A DNA stretch of 64,000 nt from a virus (IMGVR_UViG_3300029288_000067:1-64000); one strand, 5' to 3'. Positions 9,569-20,114 are shown, counted from the first letter of the stretch. Notes: generated from the sequence alone by a model not told the origin. Program-made: numbers and translations.

Positions 9569-10223
9569 TTGTCATACTCCCAAGTATATTAGTATTTCCA
9601 TTGACAAATCCAATTTCACTGCATACATCCGAACATGTTGCAAAAGGAGCTTGGTGGGTGACCATTAAAACAGGGATTCCAAACTCCTTTGCAAGACTTC
9701 TTAAAAAGTCTGACATTGCTGGGATATATTTTACGGCAAGAAAGCTCAATGTTTCATCCAGAACGATCAAAGGGAATCTTTTGGTAATAACATTGAACAG
9801 AATAAATAATACCACAGAAACAGCCGCAATAATTCCGCCCCCGTAAGAATTGATACTCCCTGAAACTCCATCCCGCAGGAGGTTGAAGGTATAAACATTG
9901 TTGCCACGTTTTACGGATTGTTCAATTTTGAATTGTATCCCCAAATCGGGGAAAATAACAAATAGGGCCTTGTTTACTAAGGCTTCAATCTTCCTGAGAT
10001 TTTCTGTGGAGACTCTTTCAATAACATCTGTGAGAATTTTCTCCGCAATGTGCATGTATGTGATCTTCTTCGTTAAAGATCCAATTTCATTTCCAAGTAT
10101 CCGGAGTTGCAGGGAAATATCTCTAAGATTGTTTTTCTTAGAGATAATTTCGGCTTTTGTTTCTACCAGCTTTTTCTTTGCAATTTCAAGTATTTCCATT
10201 GTATACCTCGTATATTGGATCAT
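9546..10223 (-). CDS. Rad50/SbcC (gp46-like) ABC-ATPase, C-terminal half only
   Basis: Coiled coil, then signature-like SYGGG, Walker B LIVLDE and H-loop MVTHQ; no Walker A. Confidence 0.75.
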   Translation of the reverse strand: MIQYTRYTMEILEIAKKKLVETKAEIISKKNNLRDISLQLRILGNEIGSLTKKITYMHIAEKILTDVIERVSTENLRKIEALVNKALFVIFPDLGIQFKIEQSVKRGNNVYTFNLLRDGVSGSINSYGGGIIAAVSVVLFILFNVITKRFPLIVLDETLSFLAVKYIPAMSDFLRSLAKEFGIPVLMVTHQAPFATCSDVCSEIGFVNGNTNILGSMTNETGNPT

Positions 10224-10255
10224 CCATTACATCACAGAAGGGCAGGCAAAGTAAA

Positions 10256-10795
10256 CTACTTTATTTGCATATTCACATTCAAAATAATTGTCAAAGGAAA
10301 GTAAGAATCAATATCAAAGGGCAACAAAAACGTGGGATAAACAATCAAATCTTCCGCGAAATCCTTGAACTTTTTGGTTTTGGCAAATCTTTCTTTAATA
10401 ACTTCTTCAATTTCATATGTTGCAATTGTCAGGGAATGGTATTGATTTGCCTGAATAACTTTCAATCCTTCGAGAGAGACACAATTTTTATTCGTAAGGA
10501 AACTGAAAGGGGCAAAATATTCGGTCTGGAAATCGGGGAAGAAAGTACTGGAAAAGGTGCTTACAAAATACAGGGGGACAAATTCCAAATCAATTTTATC
10601 TTCAAGGGTTTCTACTTCATTGGCAGTTTTTACTGCTTCTTTCTTGTATACTTCGTATTTCAAATTTGTGAACAAAAGTTGTTTTCTTATGGGCTTCACT
10701 CTTACCGGGTTTAAAATCTCCAACCAATCTTTTGTTAATGTATTATAATCCTTTTCTTCCAAGTAACCATTTTTGTCAAAAGATTTGAAATCCAT
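10256..10795 (-). CDS. hypothetical protein
   Basis: ORF track. Confidence 0.6.
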   Translation of the reverse strand: MDFKSFDKNGYLEEKDYNTLTKDWLEILNPVRVKPIRKQLLFTNLKYEVYKKEAVKTANEVETLEDKIDLEFVPLYFVSTFSSTFFPDFQTEYFAPFSFLTNKNCVSLEGLKVIQANQYHSLTIATYEIEEVIKERFAKTKKFKDFAEDLIVYPTFLLPFDIDSYFPLTIILNVNMQIK

Positions 10796-10840
10796 AAGTC
10801 ACCCTTTCCCCTGAGATAAAATAAATTATTACATGTATAG

Positions 10841-10888
10841 AAAAAACATGCGGTAGTTACCAGTTGTAGCTGATAACCACCGCATGTC
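10841..10888 (-). terminator. intrinsic terminator after recA
   Basis: Minus strand ACATGCGGTGGTTA...TAACTACCGCATGT followed by a T run. Confidence 0.65.
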
Positions 10889-10899
10889 TTACTTACAAC

Positions 10900-12123
10900 T
10901 TATAGGGCTACGGTGCTTTCGGGTGGGAATTCTCCGGTATTTTCTTGTCCTTTTCGTTCTCCCTCGTGGATATCCACACCGAGGACGGCTCTTCCAACAA
11001 AGTTGGTAGTATTGCCTTCTTCTTTTCGGATCTTCTGGAACAATGCGAGGGCATCATTCACAACATCCGGATTGTTGATGAATGCAGATTCAAATGCTTC
11101 TACACCACGATGAGTGAAGCCTTTAATCTTCAACCCATTGAAGGTATAGCTCTGTCCTTCTTTTTCGATAATTCCACGTCGGCGCATGATATCGAGGATG
11201 TCCTTTGCCATATTCCACCCACCCGGATAATCATCATTTGGGATATCGTAAGTTGTGGTTTCCCGCAACTCGGGGGTGTTGCACTTATTCTTCAAGTTAA
11301 CAATCTTGATCAGCTTTGAAGTTTTCTGTTCTTCATTTTCTCCGGAAACACGACTCTTAACAGTACTTTCTTCTTTTCCACCGTATTCCAATTTCATGCG
11401 GATAGATGCAAGGAATCGAGGAGTCATACCGCCTGGAGTAGTATATTGATCTTTCCACGTTACCCCTGTAGCCAATCCAATACCGGGGGTATATTGATCT
11501 CTTTGGATTGCAAACTTCATCTGATTTGTGAGAACCGCAGCAAACCCCTTCATAAAAGCAGCATTCTTCAATTTGTGGGTGAATTGAGAAATTGCTTTTG
11601 CATGTGCTCCAATCATCTGGGTATCTTCCATGGAGCCCTCAATAAATTTTTTTGGTTTCATGCATTCGATGCTGTCAAAAGCAATCAAATCAAAATATTC
11701 CTTGGATTGTACCAAAGCATCGAGAACAAAATCTCCTTCTTCAATATTGTTGGGTTGGAAGAGTAGAAAAGTCTTCATATCCACATCGATACCAAATGTT
11801 CGCTTTGCATACTTGGGATCAAAGCTCTGTTCGAAATCAAAAAGAACAGATTTCATTCCTGTTCTTTGTGCAGCTCCAATTCCCGATAAAATCATGCTGG
11901 TTTTTCCCATAGATTCCATTGCAATGATTTCAGAAATTCTGGATTTAGGATAACCACCTACACCTGAAACAAGGTCGTACTTTAAGTTCCCCGAGGAAAC
12001 GGCTTCAAATTTCTTCTTGGAGTCAAAAATGATATCTGGATTGTCTTTGCTGAATTTCTTTTTGACACAAGAGAGAACATCATCAATGCTTACGATCTTT
12101 GATTTTTTTTCTTCTGCTGCCAT
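10900..12123 (-). CDS. recA: RecA/UvsX recombinase
   Basis: GVGGYPKSRISEI, Walker A ESMGKT, FDFEQSFD, IAFDSI, LTNQ, TTPGG...FLASIR, KNK. Confidence 0.92.
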   Translation of the reverse strand: MAAEEKKSKIVSIDDVLSCVKKKFSKDNPDIIFDSKKKFEAVSSGNLKYDLVSGVGGYPKSRISEIIAMESMGKTSMILSGIGAAQRTGMKSVLFDFEQSFDPKYAKRTFGIDVDMKTFLLFQPNNIEEGDFVLDALVQSKEYFDLIAFDSIECMKPKKFIEGSMEDTQMIGAHAKAISQFTHKLKNAAFMKGFAAVLTNQMKFAIQRDQYTPGIGLATGVTWKDQYTTPGGMTPRFLASIRMKLEYGGKEESTVKSRVSGENEEQKTSKLIKIVNLKNKCNTPELRETTTYDIPNDDYPGGWNMAKDILDIMRRRGIIEKEGQSYTFNGLKIKGFTHRGVEAFESAFINNPDVVNDALALFQKIRKEEGNTTNFVGRAVLGVDIHEGERKGQENTGEFPPESTVAL

Positions 12124-12136
12124 GTGTTACCCCTTA

Positions 12137-12430
12137 TTATTTCTTATTTGCTAATTTGAGATTAACCCCAGGAATCTTTCCGAAAATATCCAAGTACTTC
12201 AAAATGTATTCTCGGGCAATACGGACACAGTTGTTACATACTGGGGACCCCATGAGTTTTGTTTCATTCAAAAGAACAGTATCCCCACCCCCAATAGGAA
12301 TACCACAAAGGGTTGTCCCGCATTTTTGCAGGACACCTTTTTCACTGCGGGTCTCATACGGAAGGGCATGAGCCAAATCCTTTTTCCGGTTCTTCATCAA
12401 AACATAGTTGAACTTAACGGTTCTTGCCAT
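12137..12430 (-). CDS. hypothetical Cys-rich protein
   Basis: ACAGGAG RBS before ATG 12430. Confidence 0.5.
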   Translation of the reverse strand: MARTVKFNYVLMKNRKKDLAHALPYETRSEKGVLQKCGTTLCGIPIGGGDTVLLNETKLMGSPVCNNCVRIAREYILKYLDIFGKIPGVNLKLANKK

Positions 12431-12622
12431 ACTATTTATCTCCTGTATTATTCGATTTGCCAAAGATCCCCATAAGGATCATCGGAATGCGTAACCGACC
12501 CGAAAGGGATAAAACCACCTCTCATCTTTGTCCATTTTTCTTCTTCTTCTCTGAATTTTTCTTGGAAGAGATTATAAATTTTTTCCAAGGAATAACGACC
12601 ATCAGATGTTTCAACAAAGATT

Positions 12623-13123
12623 TCATTCAACTTTAGGAGCATTTTCTTTCTCCTCTTCTTGAAATTTTTTAAGTCTTCTTTCATATAGTGCTTGATTGTC
12701 TTCTTGCCATATATCCAAGAGGATGTACAAATCCATCATTTCTTTTTTATATGCCTCTTCGGTCTCTTTATTCTTTGTCTTTCTCCACTCATTTACCAAT
12801 AAAGGGACCTCTTGAAGGTGATCAAAAATACAAAGTTGAAGACGATACTTATCTTCCCAATTAACCCCTCCTAGATCTCTTATTTTAACTACGGGGATAT
12901 TCTGTAAGTACCAATCAAGAATACTGTAATCAATATGTTTATCGGGGCATTTTGGGTTTTTGCAAAAGACTCTTATGGAATATTCTCGCCGCATTTCATC
13001 TATTTTGCTGTGTGTTCCTATATCTGTTTGATTACAACACCTACAAGCAATAATAGGGATAGGGGTAGAATAACCAGTTGAATGCCCATGATGCTCTATG
13101 GGGTAAACATTTTTATATTCCAT
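12623..13123 (-). CDS. hypothetical Zn-ribbon protein
   Basis: CRCC...CKNPKC; start inferred from AGGA RBS. Confidence 0.5.
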   Translation of the reverse strand: MEYKNVYPIEHHGHSTGYSTPIPIIACRCCNQTDIGTHSKIDEMRREYSIRVFCKNPKCPDKHIDYSILDWYLQNIPVVKIRDLGGVNWEDKYRLQLCIFDHLQEVPLLVNEWRKTKNKETEEAYKKEMMDLYILLDIWQEDNQALYERRLKKFQEEEKENAPKVE

Positions 13124-13175
13124 TGTATTTCCTTTCTGAGTATTATACTGTATTCCCATTGGCTATTCAAGCCTT

Positions 13176-14111
13176 TTATGAATTAAATTGTTTCAACAAA
13201 GCATCTATTTTTGAGGTAATCTCACAAATATTGAAGAAATCTTTTTTCAATTGTTCTAAGAATTCCACAAATTTATCATTCCACTCGTGGGCACACACAT
13301 AGTATTCTGAAATATTCTTGTTGTTGGGGTCCTCCGGGTCATTGCCCAATCCAGATTCACAGAGCCTCTTATCATATGCATCCATCATTTGATTTGGCTT
13401 GGCACCCAGTAGGATTGATAAGTTTCGGTAATGAACTCCAATATCAATCCACCACTGCTCTTTTTCGTCAAAGATTTGTTTTTTCTCAGCCATGACCACC
13501 AATAACCATAAAATAAGATCTGTGATTGCCGCTTTACTATTTTTATGTTTGGTATAATCCAATGCAGAATTGAAAAAGAAATTGTTTTCATGTTTGTTCA
13601 AGAGGCAAACTTCTTTTATTTCCTCGTCTTCTGGCATCGGAAGATCCTCAATATCCCAACTCATTTTTTCCTTTGCAATTGTCTGCAGGGTTTGGATGTA
13701 CTTTTTTAACATATACCAGCGGTAATAGGGGATTTGCACATTGGAGGACGTATCTAGCGAGTATCCCTCAAAGCCTTTAAGAATTTCTGCAAGATTTCCC
13801 TCTACAGCAACTTCTTCGGAAATTAAGGCACTGTATTTTGCTTCAATTGCTTCCCGCGCATAGTATTCTGACATCCACCCGTCTTTTGCCTCTTTTTCCG
13901 AGATTGTTAGTTTTTCTACTTCTGCTTTCAACCGTGCATTTTCTTCCATCACGGCTTGTCGGTTCTGCATGTTGTACAGCCCAAAGTCATGTCTTCCGCA
14001 AGAGGGGCAGTTGAAGACAATCTCATTTACTCTACGAGTGATTTCCCCCAGCACTGCGGCATTCTTTGTTTCCCCATATTCTGCAATAAGTTCCAATAAT
14101 GTTTTTTCCAT
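13176..14111 (-). CDS. hypothetical protein
   Basis: 311-aa ORF, GAGGA RBS. Confidence 0.6.
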   Translation of the reverse strand: MEKTLLELIAEYGETKNAAVLGEITRRVNEIVFNCPSCGRHDFGLYNMQNRQAVMEENARLKAEVEKLTISEKEAKDGWMSEYYAREAIEAKYSALISEEVAVEGNLAEILKGFEGYSLDTSSNVQIPYYRWYMLKKYIQTLQTIAKEKMSWDIEDLPMPEDEEIKEVCLLNKHENNFFFNSALDYTKHKNSKAAITDLILWLLVVMAEKKQIFDEKEQWWIDIGVHYRNLSILLGAKPNQMMDAYDKRLCESGLGNDPEDPNNKNISEYYVCAHEWNDKFVEFLEQLKKDFFNICEITSKIDALLKQFNS

Positions 14112-14120
14112 ATATCATCC

Positions 14121-14597
14121 TCACAGTTCATTGAGAAGTTTCGTAAATCTGCGGGCAATGTTGGAGTGGTATTCAACTTTTTCCCGGGAATCTTGGAAGT
14201 CTTTTATTTCTTGTTCAGACAAAAAGGAAAGAATGCCGGTAAGTTCTTCGTTTGAAATAAAGACATACTCTGTTCCTGAGATTTTCCCGAGAATAATAGA
14301 AGAGAGTGTGTCGTACATTACCTCATATTTTTTGGATGGATAATTCGCCATCCAATAGGGTCCTTGTAAATACCCTTGATGTAATGCATTTTTTAATTGT
14401 TCTTCTGTGGGCTCTTGATATGAAGGTTTGTTAGAATATTGCCAATGAAAAGATAATCGGCCCCAAAATCCTTTTGGACTTTGTTTTTTTGCTCTTTCAA
14501 GTTTTTCGGTATCTTCTTCTTCTCGAAGGGCTTTGATAGCACACATTGCTAACTTTGCAATGGTTTCTAAGTCGGTGTATTTTATTTCAAGATACAT
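14121..14597 (-). CDS. hypothetical protein
   Basis: ORF track, GAGG RBS. Confidence 0.6.
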   Translation of the reverse strand: MYLEIKYTDLETIAKLAMCAIKALREEEDTEKLERAKKQSPKGFWGRLSFHWQYSNKPSYQEPTEEQLKNALHQGYLQGPYWMANYPSKKYEVMYDTLSSIILGKISGTEYVFISNEELTGILSFLSEQEIKDFQDSREKVEYHSNIARRFTKLLNEL

Positions 14598-14607
14598 TGT
14601 ATTTCCT

Positions 14608-15117
14608 CTATAGTAGTTTTTCTTCCACGGGTTTTACAAAACTGGAAACCCCTGAAAAAGATCTTCCGGTTGAGATATCAGACTCGTAGATAGAAAGTGC
14701 AAGAGCTTGCCAAACGTCTGCCTTTATCCCCTCCAGCATATTTCCCTTCTGCATACGTTTTCCGGGGGTCCCGTAACGTTGGATGAGATATGAGCGGATA
14801 TGTGAATCATTTGCTCGGGGATTGCCCAACAAAAAGGTGATGTATGTCTTTCGGAAAACAAGTTTAGTTTTATTTTGCCCGTATCGTTCGGAGAAGATCC
14901 CAATCCAAATACAGGTGTCAAACAACGATGCAGAAGCGGGGCCGAAAGCTGCCATCATTTCCACAACCATTTTTTCAGTAGAATTTTTCCACTTGTCAAT
15001 TACATCCATTATTTTTGCATTTTCTATTTTACCGAATTCAATTGGTTTTTCTTGCTGTATATCAAAAACAACGTATGCAGACAAAACATCCCCAGGATCA
15101 ATTACAAGAATTGGCAT
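14608..15117 (-). CDS. RuvC-like Holliday junction resolvase
   Basis: ILVIDPG..SAYVV, VVEM, C-terminal D.WQALA. Confidence 0.75.
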   Translation of the reverse strand: MPILVIDPGDVLSAYVVFDIQQEKPIEFGKIENAKIMDVIDKWKNSTEKMVVEMMAAFGPASASLFDTCIWIGIFSERYGQNKTKLVFRKTYITFLLGNPRANDSHIRSYLIQRYGTPGKRMQKGNMLEGIKADVWQALALSIYESDISTGRSFSGVSSFVKPVEEKLL

Positions 15118-15138
15118 ATTGCCCCCAATGAGAAAATG

Positions 15139-15167
15139 CACGGAGAGGGATAAGACCTCTCCGTGCT
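15139..15167 (-). terminator. hairpin after 15177-16388 (probable terminator)
   Basis: GCACGGAGAGG / CCTCTCCGTGC 11-bp stem, ATTTT on the minus strand. Confidence 0.55.
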
Positions 15168-15176
15168 ATTACTTCT

Positions 15177-16388
15177 TTACTTAGGTGTGGTCGGGATTAC
15201 AAAACCGGCGAATGCAGCATTGTGTGCTGTTCCGCCAACCTGTTGCATCAGTTGTCCTTGTGGGGAGAACGGCATATTCGGGTTGACAGACGTTGCTACA
15301 TCCGGTTTCTTGAATCCCAATTTCACCTCAATCTCATTGTCGGGGACTTCCCGGGGCATGTACTTCTTGAGACTAGTTTCGAACAGAGTTTGTGCTTCCT
15401 GATAGATCTCAGCCGCGTTGGGGTGACCCTTCCAGTAACAATCCGGTTCGGGAACCATATTCCATTTCTGGAAATCGGCATCCTTGCAGGTAACCGCAAT
15501 GTCATGGTTGGCAAGGCCCCATTTTTGCTGCATTTGTTTCAATACAGGATACTTGTCAGTGCTGAAGGTGAAAGCATAGAGGCTGTAATCGAAGGTTCCC
15601 AAGGCATTCTGGAGAATTCTTCCTGCGGGGTCAGTGTAATACTTCAGAGCAATTGTGCCGAAGCGCAATTTCGGTTCCCCCAAGAGTTGCATGATACGAT
15701 TCAACAATTCTTTGTTTGCAGGAGCTTTGAATCCAAACTTCTCATCTTTGGACAATTCTTTGTAGAAGTGATAAGCCATCTGAAGATTGGGGGAGCCTTT
15801 TTCATTGAACACCATCAAAGCAATACGAGCATTTTCTTCTTTTCGGAGTTCTGGGAACTTTTCAAGAATTTTGAGCTTGATATCATCATCAAGAGAAACC
15901 ATGGTATTTTGATGTGAACTTGTAGGCATTTCAGGAATTGTGGGCATTGTTTGAGCTACAGGCTGAACATGTTGAATCACAGGGGGTTGTTGTGGGAACA
16001 TAATTGGAGCAGGTTGAGCTACAGGCTGAACCGGTTGAATTGGGGTTGTAATGGTCTGAGTGGGATTAAAGACAGGGTTTTGAGGGGTTGCAGCAGTGTT
16101 TACGATATTTTGAGGGATAGCTTGAGTGGGGGTTTGTTGAGGAGTTACTACTGGGGTAGGAGTTACGTCGGTGATAGTTCCCATGGTATTGATTGGGTTT
16201 GGTTGAGGTTGCACAGAAGAGATGACTTGTACATTTGTGGGATTTGATTGAGGGAGAGTTGAAAACATGTTAGGGGTGTTTGAATCCATTGCAGGAGTCC
16301 TTTCAGAATTTGCTTGAATTTCTTGGGATTGATTTTGGGTTTCAGGTTGCATTTCAGTTGAAGTTGCATTCTTTTTAGGTCTTGCCAT
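15177..16388 (-). CDS. hypothetical protein with a long Pro/Gln/Thr disordered N-terminus; C-domain possibly gp32-like ssDNA-binding
   Basis: Low-complexity first ~160 aa; recombination gene context; the C-domain resemblance is weak. Confidence 0.45.
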   Translation of the reverse strand: MARPKKNATSTEMQPETQNQSQEIQANSERTPAMDSNTPNMFSTLPQSNPTNVQVISSVQPQPNPINTMGTITDVTPTPVVTPQQTPTQAIPQNIVNTAATPQNPVFNPTQTITTPIQPVQPVAQPAPIMFPQQPPVIQHVQPVAQTMPTIPEMPTSSHQNTMVSLDDDIKLKILEKFPELRKEENARIALMVFNEKGSPNLQMAYHFYKELSKDEKFGFKAPANKELLNRIMQLLGEPKLRFGTIALKYYTDPAGRILQNALGTFDYSLYAFTFSTDKYPVLKQMQQKWGLANHDIAVTCKDADFQKWNMVPEPDCYWKGHPNAAEIYQEAQTLFETSLKKYMPREVPDNEIEVKLGFKKPDVATSVNPNMPFSPQGQLMQQVGGTAHNAAFAGFVIPTTPK

Positions 16389-16499
16389 AATTTATCCTAT
16401 TAATTTGAATTAAAAGCACCGTATTTTTATATTGTTGGGTTTTCCTCCTTTACATTTGGCTATTCTACCATAGTTTCAATTGAAAGAGAAGACAATTTT

Positions 16500-17168
16500 T
16501 TAAACAAATTTTGCGTTAAAACCTGCTAATTTTTCATCTAATGGGCGATATTTTTCCAATAATCGTAAAGAAGACTCTAAACGAAGACATAAATTCATTC
16601 TTCCCGAAAGAACATCATCTAAGACATGATTCATATCTTTCATGCAGTTTTTCAAGAAAGATTCAATAATTTCCAGATCGTTGAACAAAGCCTCTTTTTC
16701 ATTTTTGATTTCTTTCCGGGTGTCTAAACACTCTCTGATTATTATCTCGGAAGAATTCTTAAATGAACTAATATAACCCTTGGCGGAATTGAAAAAAGAA
16801 ATAAAGTGGGTCACCTCTTCTTTTTGTAGTTGCAGTTTTTGGGCATATATATGGATTTTTGAAAGTAAACCTCCGACATCCTCACAAGATGGATTTGAAG
16901 GTATTTGCATTTCCTCCAAGTCATTCTTTTCCTGGCACCCTACCAAAATAGCTGTTTTTACCTTTTGAAGTAAGTCAAGGTTGATTGCCTGTATCAACTC
17001 TCCTGATTTCTTGGAGAGGTAGGTAAGTGCTGCCGGTTTATCGTTGGGGGAGAATTCTTTCGGGATCTTTGCCTCCTCTGCCATAGATTCCTTTAAACTT
17101 ACTGTAGTAAAAGGAGTAAATGGCTGGGATAGGAAGCTATTCAATACTTCTCGGGTGTTCATAGGCAC
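16500..17168 (-). CDS. hypothetical protein
   Basis: ORF track, AGGAG RBS. Confidence 0.6.
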   Translation of the reverse strand: MPMNTREVLNSFLSQPFTPFTTVSLKESMAEEAKIPKEFSPNDKPAALTYLSKKSGELIQAINLDLLQKVKTAILVGCQEKNDLEEMQIPSNPSCEDVGGLLSKIHIYAQKLQLQKEEVTHFISFFNSAKGYISSFKNSSEIIIRECLDTRKEIKNEKEALFNDLEIIESFLKNCMKDMNHVLDDVLSGRMNLCLRLESSLRLLEKYRPLDEKLAGFNAKFV

Positions 17169-17170
17169 TC

Positions 17171-17428
17171 CTACTTAGACATCTTTGTTGGATCAAAAGA
17201 AATGGTTGGGGGCTTGATCTCTATTGTTGGTATTTGTTGCTCTTGTACTTTCACCTTGTTTTCGAGAATGGTTAAATTGTTCTGCAATGTTGCAACAGTT
17301 CTCTTTAATTCATGATTTTCCTGTAGTAGCATTTTAACCATACTGTCGGAAATGGCACAATAGAATGAAATGGCAAACAACCAAGCAATAAGAAAAAGAA
17401 AGATAAAAAATTTGATAAATTCTCGCAT
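17171..17428 (-). CDS. membrane-anchored coiled-coil protein
   Basis: N-terminal hydrophobic helix followed by a coiled coil. Confidence 0.55.
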   Translation of the reverse strand: MREFIKFFIFLFLIAWLFAISFYCAISDSMVKMLLQENHELKRTVATLQNNLTILENKVKVQEQQIPTIEIKPPTISFDPTKMSK

Positions 17429-17429
17429 A

Positions 17430-18029
17430 TTATCCTCCCACAACAAATAGGGGGTTACATTTCAATAGAATGTTGTAGAGAAACTTTGTGTATTGCGATG
17501 TGATGTGTTGTATTACTTGATCAGTTTCTCGGAAAATTCCAAGATCTGCTTTTAAGAATAATGTTTTGAAATATAGAAACTGATTTTTGGTTTCAATAGA
17601 CATTGCTGCTTTTTTCTCGAATGCAAAAGAAAAAACTCGGTAAGTGACTTGGAGGGATTGATTGGTAAAATCATATTGTACCTGCTGAGGTGTTTTTAGG
17701 GGGCCAATAATATTGTTTTCCTGTGTGGGGAGATTTGGGGTGGTTGCAACAATATTCTCCACAAAAGGAGACAGCATAGGATTCCCTGCAGTTAACTCGG
17801 ATAAAACAAAAGGATTGATGTTCCCGAGGGTCACCGGACCAACCTTTTCTGGGGCATAGAATGCATTTATGTTGTGCTGTAGAGTAATACTTACCCCCAA
17901 AGATGAGTATGTTTCCGAAGAGCCGCGCTTATCCTGTATTGAGAATTCTTTTATATCAGGATTAATATACTCATTGAGAAAAATATCAAGCTGTTTGAAA
18001 GGTGCAGGAAGTTGAAGAATTTTGCACAT
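17430..18029 (-). CDS. hypothetical protein
   Basis: ORF track. Confidence 0.6.
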   Translation of the reverse strand: MCKILQLPAPFKQLDIFLNEYINPDIKEFSIQDKRGSSETYSSLGVSITLQHNINAFYAPEKVGPVTLGNINPFVLSELTAGNPMLSPFVENIVATTPNLPTQENNIIGPLKTPQQVQYDFTNQSLQVTYRVFSFAFEKKAAMSIETKNQFLYFKTLFLKADLGIFRETDQVIQHITSQYTKFLYNILLKCNPLFVVGG

Positions 18030-18054
18030 TGTATATTCCTTTGTATTTTTAGAC

Positions 18055-18957
18055 TTACTTCGAGAGAGTTGAAAACCGCTCCCGAATCTGTGTTAAAATT
18101 TCTGGGACCTCTCCCCCATAAACTAGGGGGTGTTTTGCCATATAGTCCTCAACATTATCCATTGCAATGGAATACATGGTAGGGTCTTTTTCTATTCCGA
18201 TATAATATCTCGAAACACTGGAAGATGCAACACCTATATTTGCACCGCCACAAAAAGGATCCAACACAACTCCATCGATAGGGCATAGGTACGATATAAG
18301 TTTTGAACAAAGCTTAATTGGTGTCGATGCCGGGTGCTTTGTTACCGAGATATTGTTTGCAACTGGGAAAATATTGAAAGGTGTTACTCCCCCTCTTCTT
18401 TCTGCAGCCGCATATACTTTACTTCGGTCTCTTTTGTAACCCGATGGTGAAGTATGCACATCAGGCTCTTTCAAAAATCGCTTGGAGGATCTATGTGCCA
18501 CACCCGCAGAAGATTCATCCCACAATATTTCATTTTGATCTCTATAGCAGTCCTTTGGACCCAGCCAGACGAGGAGCTTTACAGTTCCTCTACAAAGATC
18601 TGATTTCGTTGCCCCACCACCGGGAAGAGAAACATAATTCCACCAATATAAATCTTGTGGAATTCCATATCTTTTTCCCCATTTCAAGAGAAACTCGTAT
18701 GCCCACAAGGACATATTCCCGGCTTCTGTGTAATTGGGTTGCAAGACAAAAAGAGCAGATCCATTTGGTTTAAGAATTCGCATACATTCTGGGACAATTA
18801 AATCCATCATCCCGTGCCAATCTTCTTCGGACCAATACCCATATTTTCGTTTTATCAAGGGATAAGGGGGATCTCCAAAAACGAAGTTTATACTCTTATC
18901 CGGGATCTCTTTCAGAGCTTTTGTAGAATCTGCATTTAAGAGGAGGAGATGACTCAT
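18055..18957 (-). CDS. N4-C/N6-A DNA methyltransferase (beta class)
   Basis: DPPY near the N-terminus, HPA..P, VLDPFCG..., YIGIEKD. Confidence 0.88.
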   Translation of the reverse strand: MSHLLLLNADSTKALKEIPDKSINFVFGDPPYPLIKRKYGYWSEEDWHGMMDLIVPECMRILKPNGSALFVLQPNYTEAGNMSLWAYEFLLKWGKRYGIPQDLYWWNYVSLPGGGATKSDLCRGTVKLLVWLGPKDCYRDQNEILWDESSAGVAHRSSKRFLKEPDVHTSPSGYKRDRSKVYAAAERRGGVTPFNIFPVANNISVTKHPASTPIKLCSKLISYLCPIDGVVLDPFCGGANIGVASSSVSRYYIGIEKDPTMYSIAMDNVEDYMAKHPLVYGGEVPEILTQIRERFSTLSK

Positions 18958-19295
18958 TTAATGTTTCTTACCCTTTTGCTCACCTTGTAGAGGTATATCA
19001 AATCATCATTCAGCCGACTCCAAAAAGCGATATACTCTTTGACTTCTATTGGGAGTTGAATTCTTTTAAAAAAGTACAAGATTTTTAAAACTTCCCAAAG
19101 GGTAGCGGGCAAGAGAAAAAAATAATAAATGGGGATGACAAGAAAGATCAACTCCGGGTGTAATACAATATGGGAAATGTCTTTGCCCTCGTAGTATTCA
19201 AAAGGGATTTCCCGATATCTTCGAACATATCGCCAGTCTCTTGTTTTCCAACAATATCTTTTCTCTGTCATTTTCGTGAAAATAACATTCTTCAT
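18954..19295 (-). CDS. hypothetical protein
   Basis: ORF track; TTGAGT-17-TATCTT promoter upstream. Confidence 0.55.
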   Translation of the reverse strand: MKNVIFTKMTEKRYCWKTRDWRYVRRYREIPFEYYEGKDISHIVLHPELIFLVIPIYYFFLLPATLWEVLKILYFFKRIQLPIEVKEYIAFWSRLNDDLIYLYKVSKRVRNIK

Positions 19296-19347
19296 CTCTC
19301 ACCTCGGGTAAAGGGTTTCAATAAGATAGCACAATTGAGCAATAAAC

Positions 19348-19869
19348 TCAAATACTAAAGAGACCTGATTTTTCATTCATCTCGGATTCTTTTATTGTAT
19401 TATACACCCCACGCAAAATTATGCTGTATTCTTTGCGGGGATCAAAAGATTTTTGGCAAACAATGCAATGTTTTATTGGAATATGTGCAAGAATAACTTT
19501 AAAATTTGCAATATATTCTTGAAATAAATTCTCACTTTCTTTCTTTTCTTCCCGGTATGAGAATGAATAACCTTTGTAATAGTTCCAATTCTTTTGAACT
19601 TGTTGGAAAAGAGTTGAGGATTCCTTATAAAAACCCTCAATACGAGCATCCTTCCGGGTAATCTCATACCGATGCAAGTCTGTTTCTGGGATTTCAATAT
19701 CTTCCGGAGAAATGGCAATCTTTAATAGTTCTTTTCCAAGACTTAGAATTTTATGAATAGGTAAAGACAGATACAATTCATCCCCAAGAGAAATTCGAAT
19801 AAACTCTGTTAACAATTGAGAGGAGACCTTAATCTTTTTGTGATTGCCGAAGAAACAATGTATATTCAT
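19348..19869 (-). CDS. hypothetical protein
   Basis: ORF track. Confidence 0.55.
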   Translation of the reverse strand: MNIHCFFGNHKKIKVSSQLLTEFIRISLGDELYLSLPIHKILSLGKELLKIAISPEDIEIPETDLHRYEITRKDARIEGFYKESSTLFQQVQKNWNYYKGYSFSYREEKKESENLFQEYIANFKVILAHIPIKHCIVCQKSFDPRKEYSIILRGVYNTIKESEMNEKSGLFSI

Positions 19870-20114
19870 AGATTACCCGAGTACAAAAATCCCCTCGCAA
19901 TAAAGTTGATCCCAGGAGGGGCCATTATTTGTATCCAGCGTCCAAATTTGCTCCCGGTATCCCTTGGGAATTGTCCAAGAAATATTCAAAAGATAATATG
20001 CCTTGTCAAGATCCGAGACATAGTGGAAGCTTTTAATAAGCCCCAAGGCACCTGAATCCTTTTGGACGATCATCCCCTCTTTTATCTCATAGATGCCCAA
20101 CTCTGCAATATTTT

